Positions 47,335 through 59,191 are shown, counted from the first letter of the stretch. The stretch: DNA of 64,000 nucleotides from Holosporaceae bacterium (GCA_031288225.1 JAITRU010000027.1:9740-73739), one strand, 5' to 3'. Notes: generated by a model not told the origin, from the sequence alone. A program made the numbers and translations.

Positions 47335-49380
47335 ATGCAAGTTTCAGAAACTAAGGCTTCTTCTGGCCTAAAAGAACCGACTTTTGTTCTAAAAAGAGAT
47401 GGGACCAAAGTCCCATTTGATCAAGAAAAGATAGTAAATGCTATACGGAAAGCCGGGATTGAAACTGGAGAATTTACGGAGGCAGATGCCAGACATATTA
47501 CGTTTAAGGTGTTAAAAATCCTGAAACACAGGTCTGACGACAGCATTCCAGACATCGAACAAATCCAGGATTTGGTGGAACAGGCACTGATAAATGAAAA
47601 CTATTTCAAAACTGCCAGGGCTTACATAGTTTACCGTGAAAAACGAGGTGAGTGCCGTCGTGATAAGAAAAATATGGTGGATGTTGTTCTTTCCATTAAC
47701 GAATACCTCGATAGGCTTGACTGGCGGGTACATGCCAATGCTAATCAGGGTTATTCTCTCGGCGGAATGATATTAAACATATCCGGAAAAATGGTGGCAA
47801 ATTACTGGCTAAATAGGGTATATCCAGAATTTGTGGCAATGGCTCATCGGAACGGGGATTATCACATTCATGATCTGGATATGCTGTCTGGCTATTGCGC
47901 TGGCTGGTCTCTAAAAACTCTGTTAAACGAAGGATTTAACGGAGTTGCTGGCAAAGCAGAGGCAAAACCTCCGAAGCATCTCACCAGCGCTGTTGGCCAA
48001 ATGGTTAATTTTTTGGGCACCCTTCAGAATGAATGGGCTGGAGCGCAGGCATTTAGTTCCTTCGATACCTATTTGGCTCCATTTCTGAAGGCCGATGATC
48101 TTTCTTACCACGTTGTTAAACAGTGCATTCAGGAATTCGTCTACAACCTGAATGTACCATCCAGATGGGGCACACAGACTCCATTCACAAATCTTACATT
48201 CGATTTAGTATGTCCGGACGACCTGAAAAATGTTGTTCCCCTAATCGGTGGCAAAGAAGCAGGCTTTACGTATGGAGAACTACAGAAGGAAATGGACATG
48301 ATTAACCGCGCCTACATAGAAGTAATGACGGAGGGAGACGCCAAAGGACGAGTTTTTACATTTCCGATTCCCACCTATAACATCACGAAAGATTTTCCCT
48401 GGGAAAGTGAAAATGCCGATCTTCTATTTGAAATGACAGCAAAATATGGCCTGCCATATTTCCAAAACTTTGTTAACTCTGACCTAAAACCATCCATGGT
48501 AAGGTCCATGTGTTGCCGTCTACAGTTGGATTTGCGGGAATTGCTCAAGCGCGGAAATAGTTTGTTCGGATCAGCAGAACAAACCGGATCCATCGGTGTC
48601 GTCACACTGAACTGCGCTCGCTTAGGTTATCTCCACAAGGGCAACGAAGATGGATTGATGCAACGTGTAGTCGAGCTCATGAACTATGCAAAAACAAGCT
48701 TGGAGATCAAAAGAAAAGTCATACAAATGTATATGGACAACGGATTGTTTCCATACACCAAGAGATATCTTGGCACTCTGCGTAATCACTTTTCTACGAT
48801 TGGCGTAAATGGCATCAATGAAATGATCCGAAATTTTACCAATGATGAACATGACATCACAACAGATTTTGGGCATAATCTTGCCATCAGATTGCTGGAC
48901 AAAATCCGGGAAGTTCTGATTATTTTTCAGGAAGAAACTGGGCATATGTACAACCTAGAAGCAACTCCAGCAGAAGGAACAACCTATCGATTCGCCAAGG
49001 AAGATCGCAAACGCTATCCGGACATACTCCAGGCTGGCACTCCGGAAATGCCCTACTATACCAACTCCAGCCAGTTACCGGTTGGTTATACTCAGGATGC
49101 CTTCGAAGCCTTATCTATGCAGGATATGTTCCAAAAGAAATATACTGGAGGTACAGTGCTGCATCTGTACATGAGCGAGAGAATTTCCGATGCAAAGGTG
49201 TGCGGAAAATTAGTGAGAAAAGTTGTGGAGAATTTCCATCTCCCATATTTTACCATTACGCCTACATTTTCCATATGCCCAAAACACGGATACCTAGCCG
49301 GTGAGCATAAGTTCTGCCCGCTATGTGATGCAGAAATTTTGGAAAGTAAAAGAAAAAACATCGAAAAAGACGCTGCCTAG
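47335..49380 (+). CDS. nrdD: Anaerobic (class III) ribonucleoside-triphosphate reductase NrdD, apparently lacking the C-terminal glycyl-radical segment
   Basis: ATP-cone (VLKRDGTKVPFDQEKIVNAI), HRNGDYHIHDLDMLSGYCAGW, MCCRLQLDL, and zinc ribbon CPKHGYLAGEHKFCPLC. The ORF stops 16 codons after CPLC with no RxxGY motif. Confidence 0.85.
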   Translation: MQVSETKASSGLKEPTFVLKRDGTKVPFDQEKIVNAIRKAGIETGEFTEADARHITFKVLKILKHRSDDSIPDIEQIQDLVEQALINENYFKTARAYIVYREKRGECRRDKKNMVDVVLSINEYLDRLDWRVHANANQGYSLGGMILNISGKMVANYWLNRVYPEFVAMAHRNGDYHIHDLDMLSGYCAGWSLKTLLNEGFNGVAGKAEAKPPKHLTSAVGQMVNFLGTLQNEWAGAQAFSSFDTYLAPFLKADDLSYHVVKQCIQEFVYNLNVPSRWGTQTPFTNLTFDLVCPDDLKNVVPLIGGKEAGFTYGELQKEMDMINRAYIEVMTEGDAKGRVFTFPIPTYNITKDFPWESENADLLFEMTAKYGLPYFQNFVNSDLKPSMVRSMCCRLQLDLRELLKRGNSLFGSAEQTGSIGVVTLNCARLGYLHKGNEDGLMQRVVELMNYAKTSLEIKRKVIQMYMDNGLFPYTKRYLGTLRNHFSTIGVNGINEMIRNFTNDEHDITTDFGHNLAIRLLDKIREVLIIFQEETGHMYNLEATPAEGTTYRFAKEDRKRYPDILQAGTPEMPYYTNSSQLPVGYTQDAFEALSMQDMFQKKYTGGTVLHLYMSERISDAKVCGKLVRKVVENFHLPYFTITPTFSICPKHGYLAGEHKFCPLCDAEILESKRKNIEKDAA

Positions 49381-49407
49381 CAGAAACACAGTTGATATAT
49401 CGACACT

Positions 49408-50016
49408 GTGCGTAGATGTGAGGATTTCATGGAAAAGCTTGGTATACAGCTGGAAAGTGCATTGATTTTGCGGATATGTCATGACCTTATTACGCCGTTC
49501 AATGCCATATCATTGGGCATGGATGCGTTCCTACTCTCCAGGGAAGATGATCTGCTTAAAAATTTGCAGCACAGCATCAACAAAGCTAATGCGGTACTGA
49601 AATTTACCCGCGAGCTTTTTTCTACTAGATCGGATACATTTTGCTATGCAAGCGCAACTTTAAATCAAATTGTAGTTGATTTTCTTCAATGTTATGGTAT
49701 TTCCTTTGATATAAAATCTGATTTCAATAGCGTTCCCAGTATTGCAGCAAAAATCATAATGTACACCGCGGTAATCATGAAAGAAATCATGCCCTATGGG
49801 GGGACCATGGTTACTTCCATAGACAACGAATCCAGCACAATAACGACAAGGGGATCCGGCCGGAGTATATTTGCTCCAGAAATAGCAATGACAACGGAGC
49901 CAAGTTACAGGAACATTATGCGGCACAATTTTGCAAAGTTGCTGAGCGCGTGCGGGTTTGAGCTTGAAGTGATCCAGGATGGATCCAATATCGTACTTGT
50001 GCAAAAACTATGCTAG
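49408..50016 (+). CDS. chpT: Histidine phosphotransferase ChpT
   Basis: ILRICHDLITPFNAISLGMDAF matches the ChpT HisKA-like motif. About 200 aa. The probable true start is ATG 49429. Confidence 0.75.
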   Translation: MRRCEDFMEKLGIQLESALILRICHDLITPFNAISLGMDAFLLSREDDLLKNLQHSINKANAVLKFTRELFSTRSDTFCYASATLNQIVVDFLQCYGISFDIKSDFNSVPSIAAKIIMYTAVIMKEIMPYGGTMVTSIDNESSTITTRGSGRSIFAPEIAMTTEPSYRNIMRHNFAKLLSACGFELEVIQDGSNIVLVQKLC

Positions 50017-50239
50017 CATCGTCGCGAAAGTGATAGCTAACACGGTTGTTTTACTCCTTCGATCAGGTTGTTGATAAAAGCTGACTATTTTTATTATTGT
50101 GCACATTTCCATCAATGCAGTATTTCCGCTGTGATTTTTGCCGCAACCATCGGCAGGGTGGATTTCGAAAAACAGTTGCTAATGTAACGCGTGTTAATCC
50201 GAAATCGGAAACCATGGTAGCCAAAGGAGAGAGAAGAAA

Positions 50240-51994
50240 TTGTTGGGATATAACTGCGATGCAATTATTCATAGCAATTGTGGCAAATATAGCAGCATTT
50301 ATTGTGATGATGCCCAGGGTATCCTGCAACTCCTAACCGGATTGGACGCGTCGGCTGGCTTTGCGGTCATTTGCTCAGAAAATCACATGCACAACACATA
50401 TTACGCGACAATGGAAGTAAACAGTGGTTACATTGGAGCACAAAAATCAGCTTTATTTGTGGATGGCAGATATGAATTGGCTGCTAAAAATTGCGTAAGT
50501 GCCGAGAAATTCGATATTTTATCGTTGAACAATGCAACAATTATTAGCTGGATTCAGAAAAATCTCCCTCAACAATGCACCATTGCCTACGACCCGAAAT
50601 TTTTCTCCATAAATCTGATAAAATCAATATGTTCCAAACTTCCCAATCACAATTTCACGCCCATTGATCTTGGAGCAAAATTATCGCTACCCGTGGCAAA
50701 AAAAAAGAAGATGCTACTGCATAATATTTATGACAACGGAGAGCGCGAATCCTATAAATTTGAAAGATATGGGAGGTTGGAATACATATTTGCTACGCTG
50801 GGTCAAAATAAATTAGATGCATACTTACTGTGCAATCCCTGCTCCGTTGCTTGGATATTGGGCATTCGGGACCTAAGCCAAGCTTTTACTCCTGTCGTAC
50901 TGGGTTATCTACTTGTCACTGCTGCCAGTGACGTCATTCTATATCTCGATGATAATTACGAAAGTATCCCCGATGAATGGGAGTCGATTGCCGCAACGAA
51001 TGTGAAATATCAAATAGATCTTCCCAGTGATCTGGAGCGATACTCCCGTGTAGGAGTTGATGAATCAGAAACTGCATCCCATTTGATGAACAAAAATTTT
51101 GTGCCAGTCAAAAATCCATGCCAACTGCCGCAATCCATAAAAAATGTGCATGAAGTGGAACAAATTAGAATATCATCCCGCAAAGATTCGGCAGCCATAA
51201 TCAACTTCTTGAAATGGATACACGAAACCAGCGCAGATCACCCATTGACCGAAATGCAGGCATCGGAACAGATGCTAGCATTCCGAAAAATGCAGAACGG
51301 ATTTATTGGCGAAAGTTTTCGATGTATTGCGGCGGCAGACGATAATGCTGCAATAATTCACTACACTCCAAGCAAAAAAACCGATAGAGTCATAAAAAAT
51401 ATGCTGTTGCTTGATTCCGGCGGACAATACATGTACGGCACAACGGATATTACTCGCACCATAGCTCTGGCAAATCCTACGGAGGAACAGCAATTGTTTT
51501 ACACATTGGTGCTAAAGGGCCACATTGCGCTAGCTACAGCGAAATTTCCAGTTGGCACCACCGGTGCTCAACTAGATATTTTGGCTCGTCAATTTCTACA
51601 CCACTATTGTGCAGATTACAATCATGCAACGGGACATGGGATTGGATACATGCTGAGTGTACACGAGGGACCGGCAGCAATGGCTGACAATAGTAACGTT
51701 TCTCTGGCAGCAGGTATGCTATTTTCCAATGAGCCGGGGTACTATAGAGCAAATGAATTCGGAATTAGGCTAGAAGACATGATGCTCGTGCGAGGAGAAA
51801 ATGATAATTTTCTAGCATTCGAAATGATGTCATGGGTACCGTTTGATTGGAAACTCATCAATAAGACACTACTTACAGATGATGAATTTACCTGGATGCT
51901 GGCATATCAGGATGAAATCCTGGATCAGACTCGTCCTCATTTGTCGTTAGACGTAGCAGCATGGTTACAACATTTCCTGGGAAATGAATCCTAG
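50240..51994 (+). CDS. pepP: Xaa-Pro aminopeptidase (M24B, aminopeptidase P)
   Basis: Creatinase/prolidase N-terminal domains plus the M24 metal-ligand pattern (DSGGQY, TDITRT, HGIGY, SNEPGYY, RLEDM). TTG start after the RBS aaaggagag. Confidence 0.85.
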   Translation: MLGYNCDAIIHSNCGKYSSIYCDDAQGILQLLTGLDASAGFAVICSENHMHNTYYATMEVNSGYIGAQKSALFVDGRYELAAKNCVSAEKFDILSLNNATIISWIQKNLPQQCTIAYDPKFFSINLIKSICSKLPNHNFTPIDLGAKLSLPVAKKKKMLLHNIYDNGERESYKFERYGRLEYIFATLGQNKLDAYLLCNPCSVAWILGIRDLSQAFTPVVLGYLLVTAASDVILYLDDNYESIPDEWESIAATNVKYQIDLPSDLERYSRVGVDESETASHLMNKNFVPVKNPCQLPQSIKNVHEVEQIRISSRKDSAAIINFLKWIHETSADHPLTEMQASEQMLAFRKMQNGFIGESFRCIAAADDNAAIIHYTPSKKTDRVIKNMLLLDSGGQYMYGTTDITRTIALANPTEEQQLFYTLVLKGHIALATAKFPVGTTGAQLDILARQFLHHYCADYNHATGHGIGYMLSVHEGPAAMADNSNVSLAAGMLFSNEPGYYRANEFGIRLEDMMLVRGENDNFLAFEMMSWVPFDWKLINKTLLTDDEFTWMLAYQDEILDQTRPHLSLDVAAWLQHFLGNES

Positions 51995-52048
51995 AGCTAC
52001 AAACGCGAATTATGAAAGGGATCACTTGTCTTTTACGATCTTTTCCCA

Positions 52049-52825
52049 TCACTTGGATGCATATAACTCCCGCAATTTTTTCAGAAATTCCTGAGTTTCT
52101 TTTTCGCTGAAGATTGCTATTCCGTTGTGGGCTTTTGCCTTGATCAACGAGGTTATTTTTGAATTTTTATTTTTGTCAGAAAATGATGTCATGGACAAAA
52201 TTTTCATTTTTCCTTCTTCGATATTGTACACACATTTCCCGACAATTCCGTAACAAGTGCAGCAGGTAGATCCATCGTCACCGGAGACAATTTTTTCGTC
52301 AAGTCCGGATTCCTTGAGCAAAGTGGCATTTGAAAGATACATATGGAAATAGATTTTCCCTTTGCCATCGAACATTGGATGCGGCAAAAGACCACCATCC
52401 GCTCTATCACCCGGAAGAATTATTTTGTATCGGCGCAATTTTCCGCTAACCATGGAACAGAACAAAATATCAGAGAAACTACCACTGCCTCCGGTCCGAT
52501 AATGGCGTGCAACTATATCTTGGCCATGCCAATTCCCAAGATATTGGCAGCTTATTTCACCCCCATCCGATTCTCCTCCATTTTTGTGGTGGTAGCTGCA
52601 CGTGAACGAATTATTGAAAATATCGCGCTCAGATTTCCATGAATATTCATTGCCTAGTTTTTTAGTTTGTTGCTTGATGTCGACTTCGGAAGCATCTAAA
52701 AACACATCAGTGAAATAGAATGCATCCATTGATGAGGCAATGGTTGGCACGTTTTTCTGCGAATGTTCTACGATGGAACATCCAGCAAAAGAAAACAGAA
52801 CAATGAGTAGATTAATAAATTTCAT
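52049..52825 (-). CDS. Hypothetical lipoprotein
   Basis: ATG 52825 is preceded by gggaggg. Lipobox LFSFAGC. I recognise no family. The track ORF extends to 52963. Confidence 0.6.
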   Translation of the reverse strand: MKFINLLIVLFSFAGCSIVEHSQKNVPTIASSMDAFYFTDVFLDASEVDIKQQTKKLGNEYSWKSERDIFNNSFTCSYHHKNGGESDGGEISCQYLGNWHGQDIVARHYRTGGSGSFSDILFCSMVSGKLRRYKIILPGDRADGGLLPHPMFDGKGKIYFHMYLSNATLLKESGLDEKIVSGDDGSTCCTCYGIVGKCVYNIEEGKMKILSMTSFSDKNKNSKITSLIKAKAHNGIAIFSEKETQEFLKKLRELYASK

Positions 52826-53133
52826 AACAATTCCCTCCCATTTCGTTGAACAGCATAGCCAATTGCCATCGATCATGATTTGGCGCCTCAAAAGTCTAAA
52901 TCCAACACTGCACGACTTTACAAAAGTCAATGGAAGGATACACTGCGGATCAATATTTGGCAAGTGAGAAAATTTTTAGGTATAATTTATATTATTTATA
53001 CCAAATTCCGCCATCAATTGGCTATTATCCATCTGATAGATATTGCTACAGAGTGCATTCCAAAAATCATTTGCATAATCCTGTACGTGATCGGTATCCT
53101 TATCGAAGGCACTTGAAGGTAAATATATCCTCG

Positions 53134-53610
53134 CTAGCCATCGTTAACTCCCCAGGTGTATTTTTTTTTTATCCAGCCTTTCATGCCGTTGACTTCAATT
53201 TTTATGAAGTCATCCTGCCTCTTTAACACATTAACTATTACATTCTTTTCGAGTTTTGCGATTGGAACCGACTCAGCTGAATATTTGTACATAACGGCGT
53301 GATCTTTTGTGACGATGGCTGTGTTTTTGTTAGATACCAGATTCTGATGCACCCATCCCTCAGAATTATCCACGAATTGCAGCTTACGCCATTGACCAAA
53401 TTCCGCCAACAACATCATAGGTACATTTTGCGCCATGAATACCCAGACGATCGGATACTCTTTGCCAGGACCGATTCTCAAATTTACCTGTGCCGTTCTA
53501 AGGCTCACAAAATGATGTGCTTCTACAGGAAAGTAAAACAAAAAAAACACTGAACATAAAAATCTCAGCAATGCCTCATAAATTTTCCGAAAGTTAACGT
53601 ACATTACCAT
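53134..53610 (-). CDS. Bacterial SH3-domain protein (COG3807-like)
   Basis: Signal peptide, then two SH3b-like units (VNLRIGPGKEYPIVW...GQWRKL...EGWVH and AVMYKY...DFIKIEVNGMKGWIKK). Confidence 0.7.
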   Translation of the reverse strand: MVMYVNFRKIYEALLRFLCSVFFLFYFPVEAHHFVSLRTAQVNLRIGPGKEYPIVWVFMAQNVPMMLLAEFGQWRKLQFVDNSEGWVHQNLVSNKNTAIVTKDHAVMYKYSAESVPIAKLEKNVIVNVLKRQDDFIKIEVNGMKGWIKKKYTWGVNDG

Positions 53611-53644
53611 TGCTCCATAAAACAGAATATTGGTTTTTTAGAGC

Positions 53645-55450
53645 CTATTTGCCGTTATCTTTGTTCATTTTCAGCGCTTCCAAAAATGTTCCCTGAGGAA
53701 TTTTCACATTACCAATCTCCCGCATTTTCTTCTTCCCTTCCTTTTGCTTATCCAGAAGTTTGCGTTTTCTGGTAATATCTCCTCCGTAACATTTGGCGGT
53801 CACATCCTTTCGAAATGCGGCAATTGTCTCTCTAGCAATGATCTTTCCTCCAATAGCAGCTTGAATTGGAATTTTGAACATATGTCTTGGAATAAGATCC
53901 TTCAACCGCTCACACAGCAGACGTCCCCGGTGCTCTGCATTGCGGCTGTATACTATCATGGATAACGCATCCACAGGTTCTCCATTTACAAGGATCGACA
54001 TCTTCACCAGATCTTCTTTCTGAAATCCATGCAGCTGGTAATCAAAACTAGCATAACCTTTGCTGATGGATTTTAGTCGATCGTAGAAATCGTAAACCAC
54101 TTCGTTTAGGGGAAGCATATACTCCAATAGAACTCTGGAACCAACATAGGTAAGCCCCTTTTGCACTCCGCGCTTTTCTTCGCAGAGAGCCAACACATTC
54201 CCAAGATATTCATCGGGAACAATAATTTTTGCCACCAACCAGGGCTCTTCAATGTAATCAATGCTGCTGGGATCAGGCATATCTGCGGGGTTGTGCAGGT
54301 CTATAACCTGGCCACTGCGCATATGAACCTTGTATACTACGCTGGGAGCTGTTGTGACCAAATCAAGATTATATTCCCGCTCCAGCCGTTCCTCCGCAAC
54401 CTCTAAATGTAACATTCCTAAAAAACCGCACCTAAAACCAAAACCAAGCGCCTGGGAAGTTTCCGGCTCAAATGAAAAACTAGCGTCATTCAATCGCAAT
54501 TTTACAAGACTATCCTTCAACTTTCCATAATCTGTGGAATCCACCGGAAATATGCTGCAAAATACCACAGGAATGCAAGGCTTAAACCCAGGCAGCGGTT
54601 CCTTAGCTGGCCGATTTTCCTGAGTTACGGTATCACCAACGCGAGCATCGCCAACGCTTTTGATACCGGCAATTATGTAGCCGACCTCTCCGGCGGTCAA
54701 TTGGCCAACTTCCTGGGGTTTGGGAGTGAAAACACCAACTTTTTCAACGTTATAGCTCATACCAGCGGCCATCAACTTTACCCTCATGCCGGACTTTATA
54801 AGACCATCCTTAACACGAATCAGAGTAACAACGCCCAGATATGGATCATACCAGCTATCCACCAGCAGAGCCTTCAGAGAAGCCGAGGCATCACCCGTGG
54901 GTGCAGGTAGCCTCTGGACCAACGCTTCCAGCACATCCTCTATGCCGATTCCGGTTTTGGCGGATATTAAAATTGCGTCGGAGCAATCTAGCCCTATAAC
55001 ATCCTCTATCTGCAGCTTTACACGATCAACATCTGCTGCAGGTAGGTCTATTTTGTTAATAACAATGATAATTTCGTGATCGTGTTCCAATGCCTGATAA
55101 ACATTTGCCAGTGTCTGGGCTTCGACTCCTTGGCTTGCATCCACAACCAATACGGACCCTTCGCAGGCTGCCAGAGAGCGACTGACTTCGTAAGAAAAAT
55201 CCACATGCCCCGGTGTATCCATTAGGTTAAGATGATATACCTTTCCATCCTTTGCCTTATAATTAAGACAAACTGTCTGTGCCTTTATGGTTATACCGCG
55301 CTCCCGTTCGATATCCATTGAATCTAGCATTTGGTCACGAAACTCCCGCAAATTAACAGCGCCACAAAATTGAATCAACCTGTCCGCCAGAGTAGATTTT
55401 CCGTGGTCAATGTGCGCAACAATGGCAAAGTTCCTTATCAAGGATCCCAC
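53645..55450 (-). CDS. lepA: Elongation factor 4
   Basis: [33 protein letters not shown], and the LepA C-terminal domain. Confidence 0.96.
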   Translation of the reverse strand: MGSLIRNFAIVAHIDHGKSTLADRLIQFCGAVNLREFRDQMLDSMDIERERGITIKAQTVCLNYKAKDGKVYHLNLMDTPGHVDFSYEVSRSLAACEGSVLVVDASQGVEAQTLANVYQALEHDHEIIIVINKIDLPAADVDRVKLQIEDVIGLDCSDAILISAKTGIGIEDVLEALVQRLPAPTGDASASLKALLVDSWYDPYLGVVTLIRVKDGLIKSGMRVKLMAAGMSYNVEKVGVFTPKPQEVGQLTAGEVGYIIAGIKSVGDARVGDTVTQENRPAKEPLPGFKPCIPVVFCSIFPVDSTDYGKLKDSLVKLRLNDASFSFEPETSQALGFGFRCGFLGMLHLEVAEERLEREYNLDLVTTAPSVVYKVHMRSGQVIDLHNPADMPDPSSIDYIEEPWLVAKIIVPDEYLGNVLALCEEKRGVQKGLTYVGSRVLLEYMLPLNEVVYDFYDRLKSISKGYASFDYQLHGFQKEDLVKMSILVNGEPVDALSMIVYSRNAEHRGRLLCERLKDLIPRHMFKIPIQAAIGGKIIARETIAAFRKDVTAKCYGGDITRKRKLLDKQKEGKKKMREIGNVKIPQGTFLEALKMNKDNGK

Positions 55451-55455
55451 AATAA

Positions 55456-57831
55456 TTACTTTCCCCTCAATTTACCACCGACACCTTTTACATAATTGAT
55501 GACTTTTTCGGAAACTTCCTGAGCTTCCTCTTCCGTAAGAGTTCTATCAGCCGCTTCCATCACAATGGATAGACCGATGGATTTTTCAGCGCAATTTATT
55601 TCGAAGCAATCAAAAATATCTGCCCTGATAATCTTTGCATCCAGTTTGTAAATATCATTAAGGAGGCTGCCGACCGAATCAGATGCCTTAAACAGGAATG
55701 CAAAATCCCTGGCTATTTTTGGAAATACCTTGCTGTTATAGGGAGTTTCCCTGCTAGCGACTTCAATATCAGGACGCAGAAATTCGAAACAAATCAACTT
55801 CTCAGCTATGCCGAAAAGTTTGTTAATTTTTGGATGCAATTCACCGAAATATCCTAGCTTCCGTTTTCCGGACCACATAACGCCACTGCGTGATGGATGA
55901 TAGTAGGAAGGAGCATCAAGTTTTAGTGTAACATTTTTTTCATCAATGCCAAAATGATCCAAAACCACCAGCAAATCACTCTTGGCATCAAAAAGGTCAA
56001 CTACCCGACTTGGTTGTGCCCAGCTGCGCTCATGTGTGACACCGGCACGCAGACCAGCTATGTTGAGATTTTGAGAACAATCACCGCAAAACACATTCCC
56101 AATTTCAAAAATTTCCACATGTAACTGGCCGTAGTGCAGCGATCTTATGGCTGCCACAATGAGGTTTGGAATCAGCGACGATCTCATGACGCCCATGTCG
56201 GTATTTATTGGATTAAGCAATTGCACTAAACTGCCACTTTCGTCAAAAATACTAGCATGCTCAGCTTTGATGAAGGAATAGGATATGACCTCGGACAATC
56301 CCTTGGCTGCCAACAATTTTTTAGTGGTGAAAATATGCCTTTTTTTGTTCAGTATTTCATCATCCGTGACAACCCAGGTATCGAATTTTTTTTCGACCAC
56401 GTTGTCATAGCCGGAAATACGCAGCACTTCCTCCACCAAATCTTCCTCTATGCTAAGATCACATCTCCAGGATGGAATCAAAAATGTAGCAGTTTCATCC
56501 GAAGAACTTGTTTCTCGCAGCCCTAATTTTTTTAAAATCTGCCGAGATTCGTTCCAATCCAAATCGCAGCCACTGATGGACCGCAGCTTAGATTTGGTAA
56601 TGGTAACATTATCTTGAACATCCGGGTGCTTGCCTAACACGATGATGTTACTGGCAGTCCCACCACAAAAATCAAGAATTAGCTTTGTCGCATTTTCCAA
56701 TTCAGAAAAGCAGGAATCTCGATCCACTCCTCTTTCAAACCTGCTGCGGGAATCACTGGTTAAATTTAGAACAGCTCCTGTCCTGGAGATAAAAATCGGA
56801 TCAAACAGAGCAGATTCCAGCAAAATATCCGTAGTATACTTATCGCAGGCAACCTTTTGACTGCCCATTATACCCAATAGGCAAAGAACGGATTTATTGT
56901 CGGCAGATACCATCATATCCTGCAACAACTGGTGCTTATTGCCACTCAAATCGATAAACTCTTCTTTAGGATTTGCAAATCTGACTGCAATCTCACCTTC
57001 AATTTTGTTGAGATCATACACATGCAATGGCCGCCCGCAATCCATCATGAATAAATTCGCCAAATCAACTATGGGAGATATACTTTTTTGTCCAAGAGCC
57101 ATAAAAATGTTTTTTATTTTTGCTATAGCTGTAGAATTATCAATGCCGCGAATGACTCGGAATGCCATTACAGGAGCATACTTTTTACAGCCATCACTAT
57201 TCTCATAGTTGATGGTAATGGGGAACTCGAAGGAGGATGGACAGGAAACATTCGAACAGGGCAAAAATTCACCAACTCCGGCAGCAGCTAAATCTCTTGC
57301 GATACCCTTTACGCTTAAACAGTCTCCTCTGTTGGGAGTTATAGAAACGTCGATTATTCCGCCATCCAACCCCAACGCATTGCCAACAGATTCTGATAAA
57401 TCAACGTTAGGCCCCAAATCTATGATGCTGTCATTTTCCTCCGACGGCAATGCCAACTCCTTATGAGAGCACATCATGCCTTCGCTTTCAATTCCGCGAA
57501 TCTTGCTTTTCTTTAGGACAACTCCGGAGTAGGGAATGATGGCGCCAGGCATCGCCAAGACAGCGGTTAACCCCGGGGCAACATTTGGCGCACCGCACAC
57601 GATCTGATATGTTTTTCCGGATGAATCAATTACGGAGCAGAGTTTAAGCTTATCGGCATTGGGATGATTTTGCACCTGTACAATTCTAGCTAGTTTAAAG
57701 TTTTTAAAAAGCGTATCCGGATCAGAAAAATTCTCAACTTCAATTCCTATTGAGGTAAGTCTTTTGGAAACCTGTTCGATACTCAATTCGGTCGATAAAT
57801 GATTTTTTAGCCAATTAAACGTAAAACGCAT
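55456..57831 (-). CDS. pheT: Phenylalanine--tRNA ligase beta subunit
   Basis: MRFTFNWLK start, tRNA-binding, B3/4, B5 and FDX-ACB domain layout. 791 aa, downstream of pheS. Confidence 0.95.
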   Translation of the reverse strand: MRFTFNWLKNHLSTELSIEQVSKRLTSIGIEVENFSDPDTLFKNFKLARIVQVQNHPNADKLKLCSVIDSSGKTYQIVCGAPNVAPGLTAVLAMPGAIIPYSGVVLKKSKIRGIESEGMMCSHKELALPSEENDSIIDLGPNVDLSESVGNALGLDGGIIDVSITPNRGDCLSVKGIARDLAAAGVGEFLPCSNVSCPSSFEFPITINYENSDGCKKYAPVMAFRVIRGIDNSTAIAKIKNIFMALGQKSISPIVDLANLFMMDCGRPLHVYDLNKIEGEIAVRFANPKEEFIDLSGNKHQLLQDMMVSADNKSVLCLLGIMGSQKVACDKYTTDILLESALFDPIFISRTGAVLNLTSDSRSRFERGVDRDSCFSELENATKLILDFCGGTASNIIVLGKHPDVQDNVTITKSKLRSISGCDLDWNESRQILKKLGLRETSSSDETATFLIPSWRCDLSIEEDLVEEVLRISGYDNVVEKKFDTWVVTDDEILNKKRHIFTTKKLLAAKGLSEVISYSFIKAEHASIFDESGSLVQLLNPINTDMGVMRSSLIPNLIVAAIRSLHYGQLHVEIFEIGNVFCGDCSQNLNIAGLRAGVTHERSWAQPSRVVDLFDAKSDLLVVLDHFGIDEKNVTLKLDAPSYYHPSRSGVMWSGKRKLGYFGELHPKINKLFGIAEKLICFEFLRPDIEVASRETPYNSKVFPKIARDFAFLFKASDSVGSLLNDIYKLDAKIIRADIFDCFEINCAEKSIGLSIVMEAADRTLTEEEAQEVSEKVINYVKGVGGKLRGK

Positions 57832-57909
57832 ACTCTACCCCACAAAATACACTCCAGCCATCGCCATGAGCCATCATATAACAGGGAAACCCAGGAAAAT
57901 CAATAAAAA

Positions 57910-58959
57910 TTAAGCAAAGAAACTGAATCCAAACGATTTTCTCCAGCGATCATCAGACTCAAAGTATCCCCTTAGATCCGGAACACCATATTTTAGTGTG
58001 GCTAGTCTTTCGAGGCCAAATCCAAATGCAATTCCCTGATATTTTGCAGCATCCACATTTCCATGCTCCAAAACAGTTGGATGAACCACGCCGGCTCCGC
58101 CAATTTCCATCCACTTGTCTCCCGTACCAAACACAACTTTTCCATTTTTTATTTCATAGTTAATATCAACTTCAACAGACGGTTCCGTGAAAGGGAAAAA
58201 ACTCGTTCTGAAGCGTAGAGCAAGATTGGGAATAGCAAAAAATTGCTTTAGAATATCCGACATAAACCATTTAAGGTGGGCAAATCCCACATCTATATCC
58301 ACCATAAGCCCTTCTATTTGACTGAACATTGGAGTATGAGTGGCATCGTAGTCATTGCGAAAAACTCGCCCTATGGAAAAAAAGCGCAACGGAGGTTTGT
58401 GCTGTAGCATGGCCCTCACCTGCACCGGAGACGTGTGAGTCCGCAGCAATTTACAACCGTCCTTATCGGCGGGAATTTTCATGTAAAACGTATCATGCAT
58501 AGTCCGGGCCGGATGATGGTCAGGCATATTCAGAGCCGTAAAATTCATATATTCGCTTTCGATTTCTGGACCATCCGCAAATCTAAATCCATAGGAAGCA
58601 AGTACGCCGGAAATCTCCTCTTCGGTTTTACTAAGTGGATGCACCAGCCCTGGTGAATAGGGACGTGCCGGCATAAACACATCTACGAATTCCGATGACA
58701 GTTTTTTTTCCATGTCATCCAACTCCAGTGTGCGAGTTTTTTCCTGAAGGCGTGCCCGAACTTTTTCTTTGATATTGTTTATCTTCTCTCCAAATTCTCG
58801 TTTTTCTCTCGGAGTCATGTTTTTCAGCGATTTCATAATTTCCGTTATTTTTCCATTTTTTCCGAAAATAGCCATACGCACTGCATCAATGGAACTTAAA
58901 TCGCTACAATTATCAATTTCAAATAAACAGGTGGCAAAAAACCTATCTAAATCTGACAC
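57910..58959 (-). CDS. pheS: Phenylalanine--tRNA ligase alpha subunit
   Basis: Class II motifs: HPLSKT, FRNDYDATHTPMFSQIEG, and GFGLERL. Confidence 0.95.
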   Translation of the reverse strand: MSDLDRFFATCLFEIDNCSDLSSIDAVRMAIFGKNGKITEIMKSLKNMTPREKREFGEKINNIKEKVRARLQEKTRTLELDDMEKKLSSEFVDVFMPARPYSPGLVHPLSKTEEEISGVLASYGFRFADGPEIESEYMNFTALNMPDHHPARTMHDTFYMKIPADKDGCKLLRTHTSPVQVRAMLQHKPPLRFFSIGRVFRNDYDATHTPMFSQIEGLMVDIDVGFAHLKWFMSDILKQFFAIPNLALRFRTSFFPFTEPSVEVDINYEIKNGKVVFGTGDKWMEIGGAGVVHPTVLEHGNVDAAKYQGIAFGFGLERLATLKYGVPDLRGYFESDDRWRKSFGFSFFA

Positions 58960-59191
58960 AGACTCCCTCCATGTTCTTCAACTTAACTACAAATGGATCA
59001 AGGGCAAAGCTAAACCCAGAACTTGCTGCACTCTATACCTCAATTGAGGTGTATGCTATCAAAAATGATTAACAAATGAAAGACACTTCACCACAACCTC
59101 TTCGAAATGGAAGGAAAAGGTGGATTGCGTGATTCTGGAACCGACATATTTTCACTAAAATGGCACGGGATGGCGCTAGAAAAACTACGAC

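Noticed and set aside
52002-52014. 13-nt match (aacgcgaattatg) to the 21135-type repeat, located at the pepP stop.
   Set aside because: It is too short, and the flanks do not extend the similarity. It could be a relic, but that cannot be distinguished from chance with confidence.
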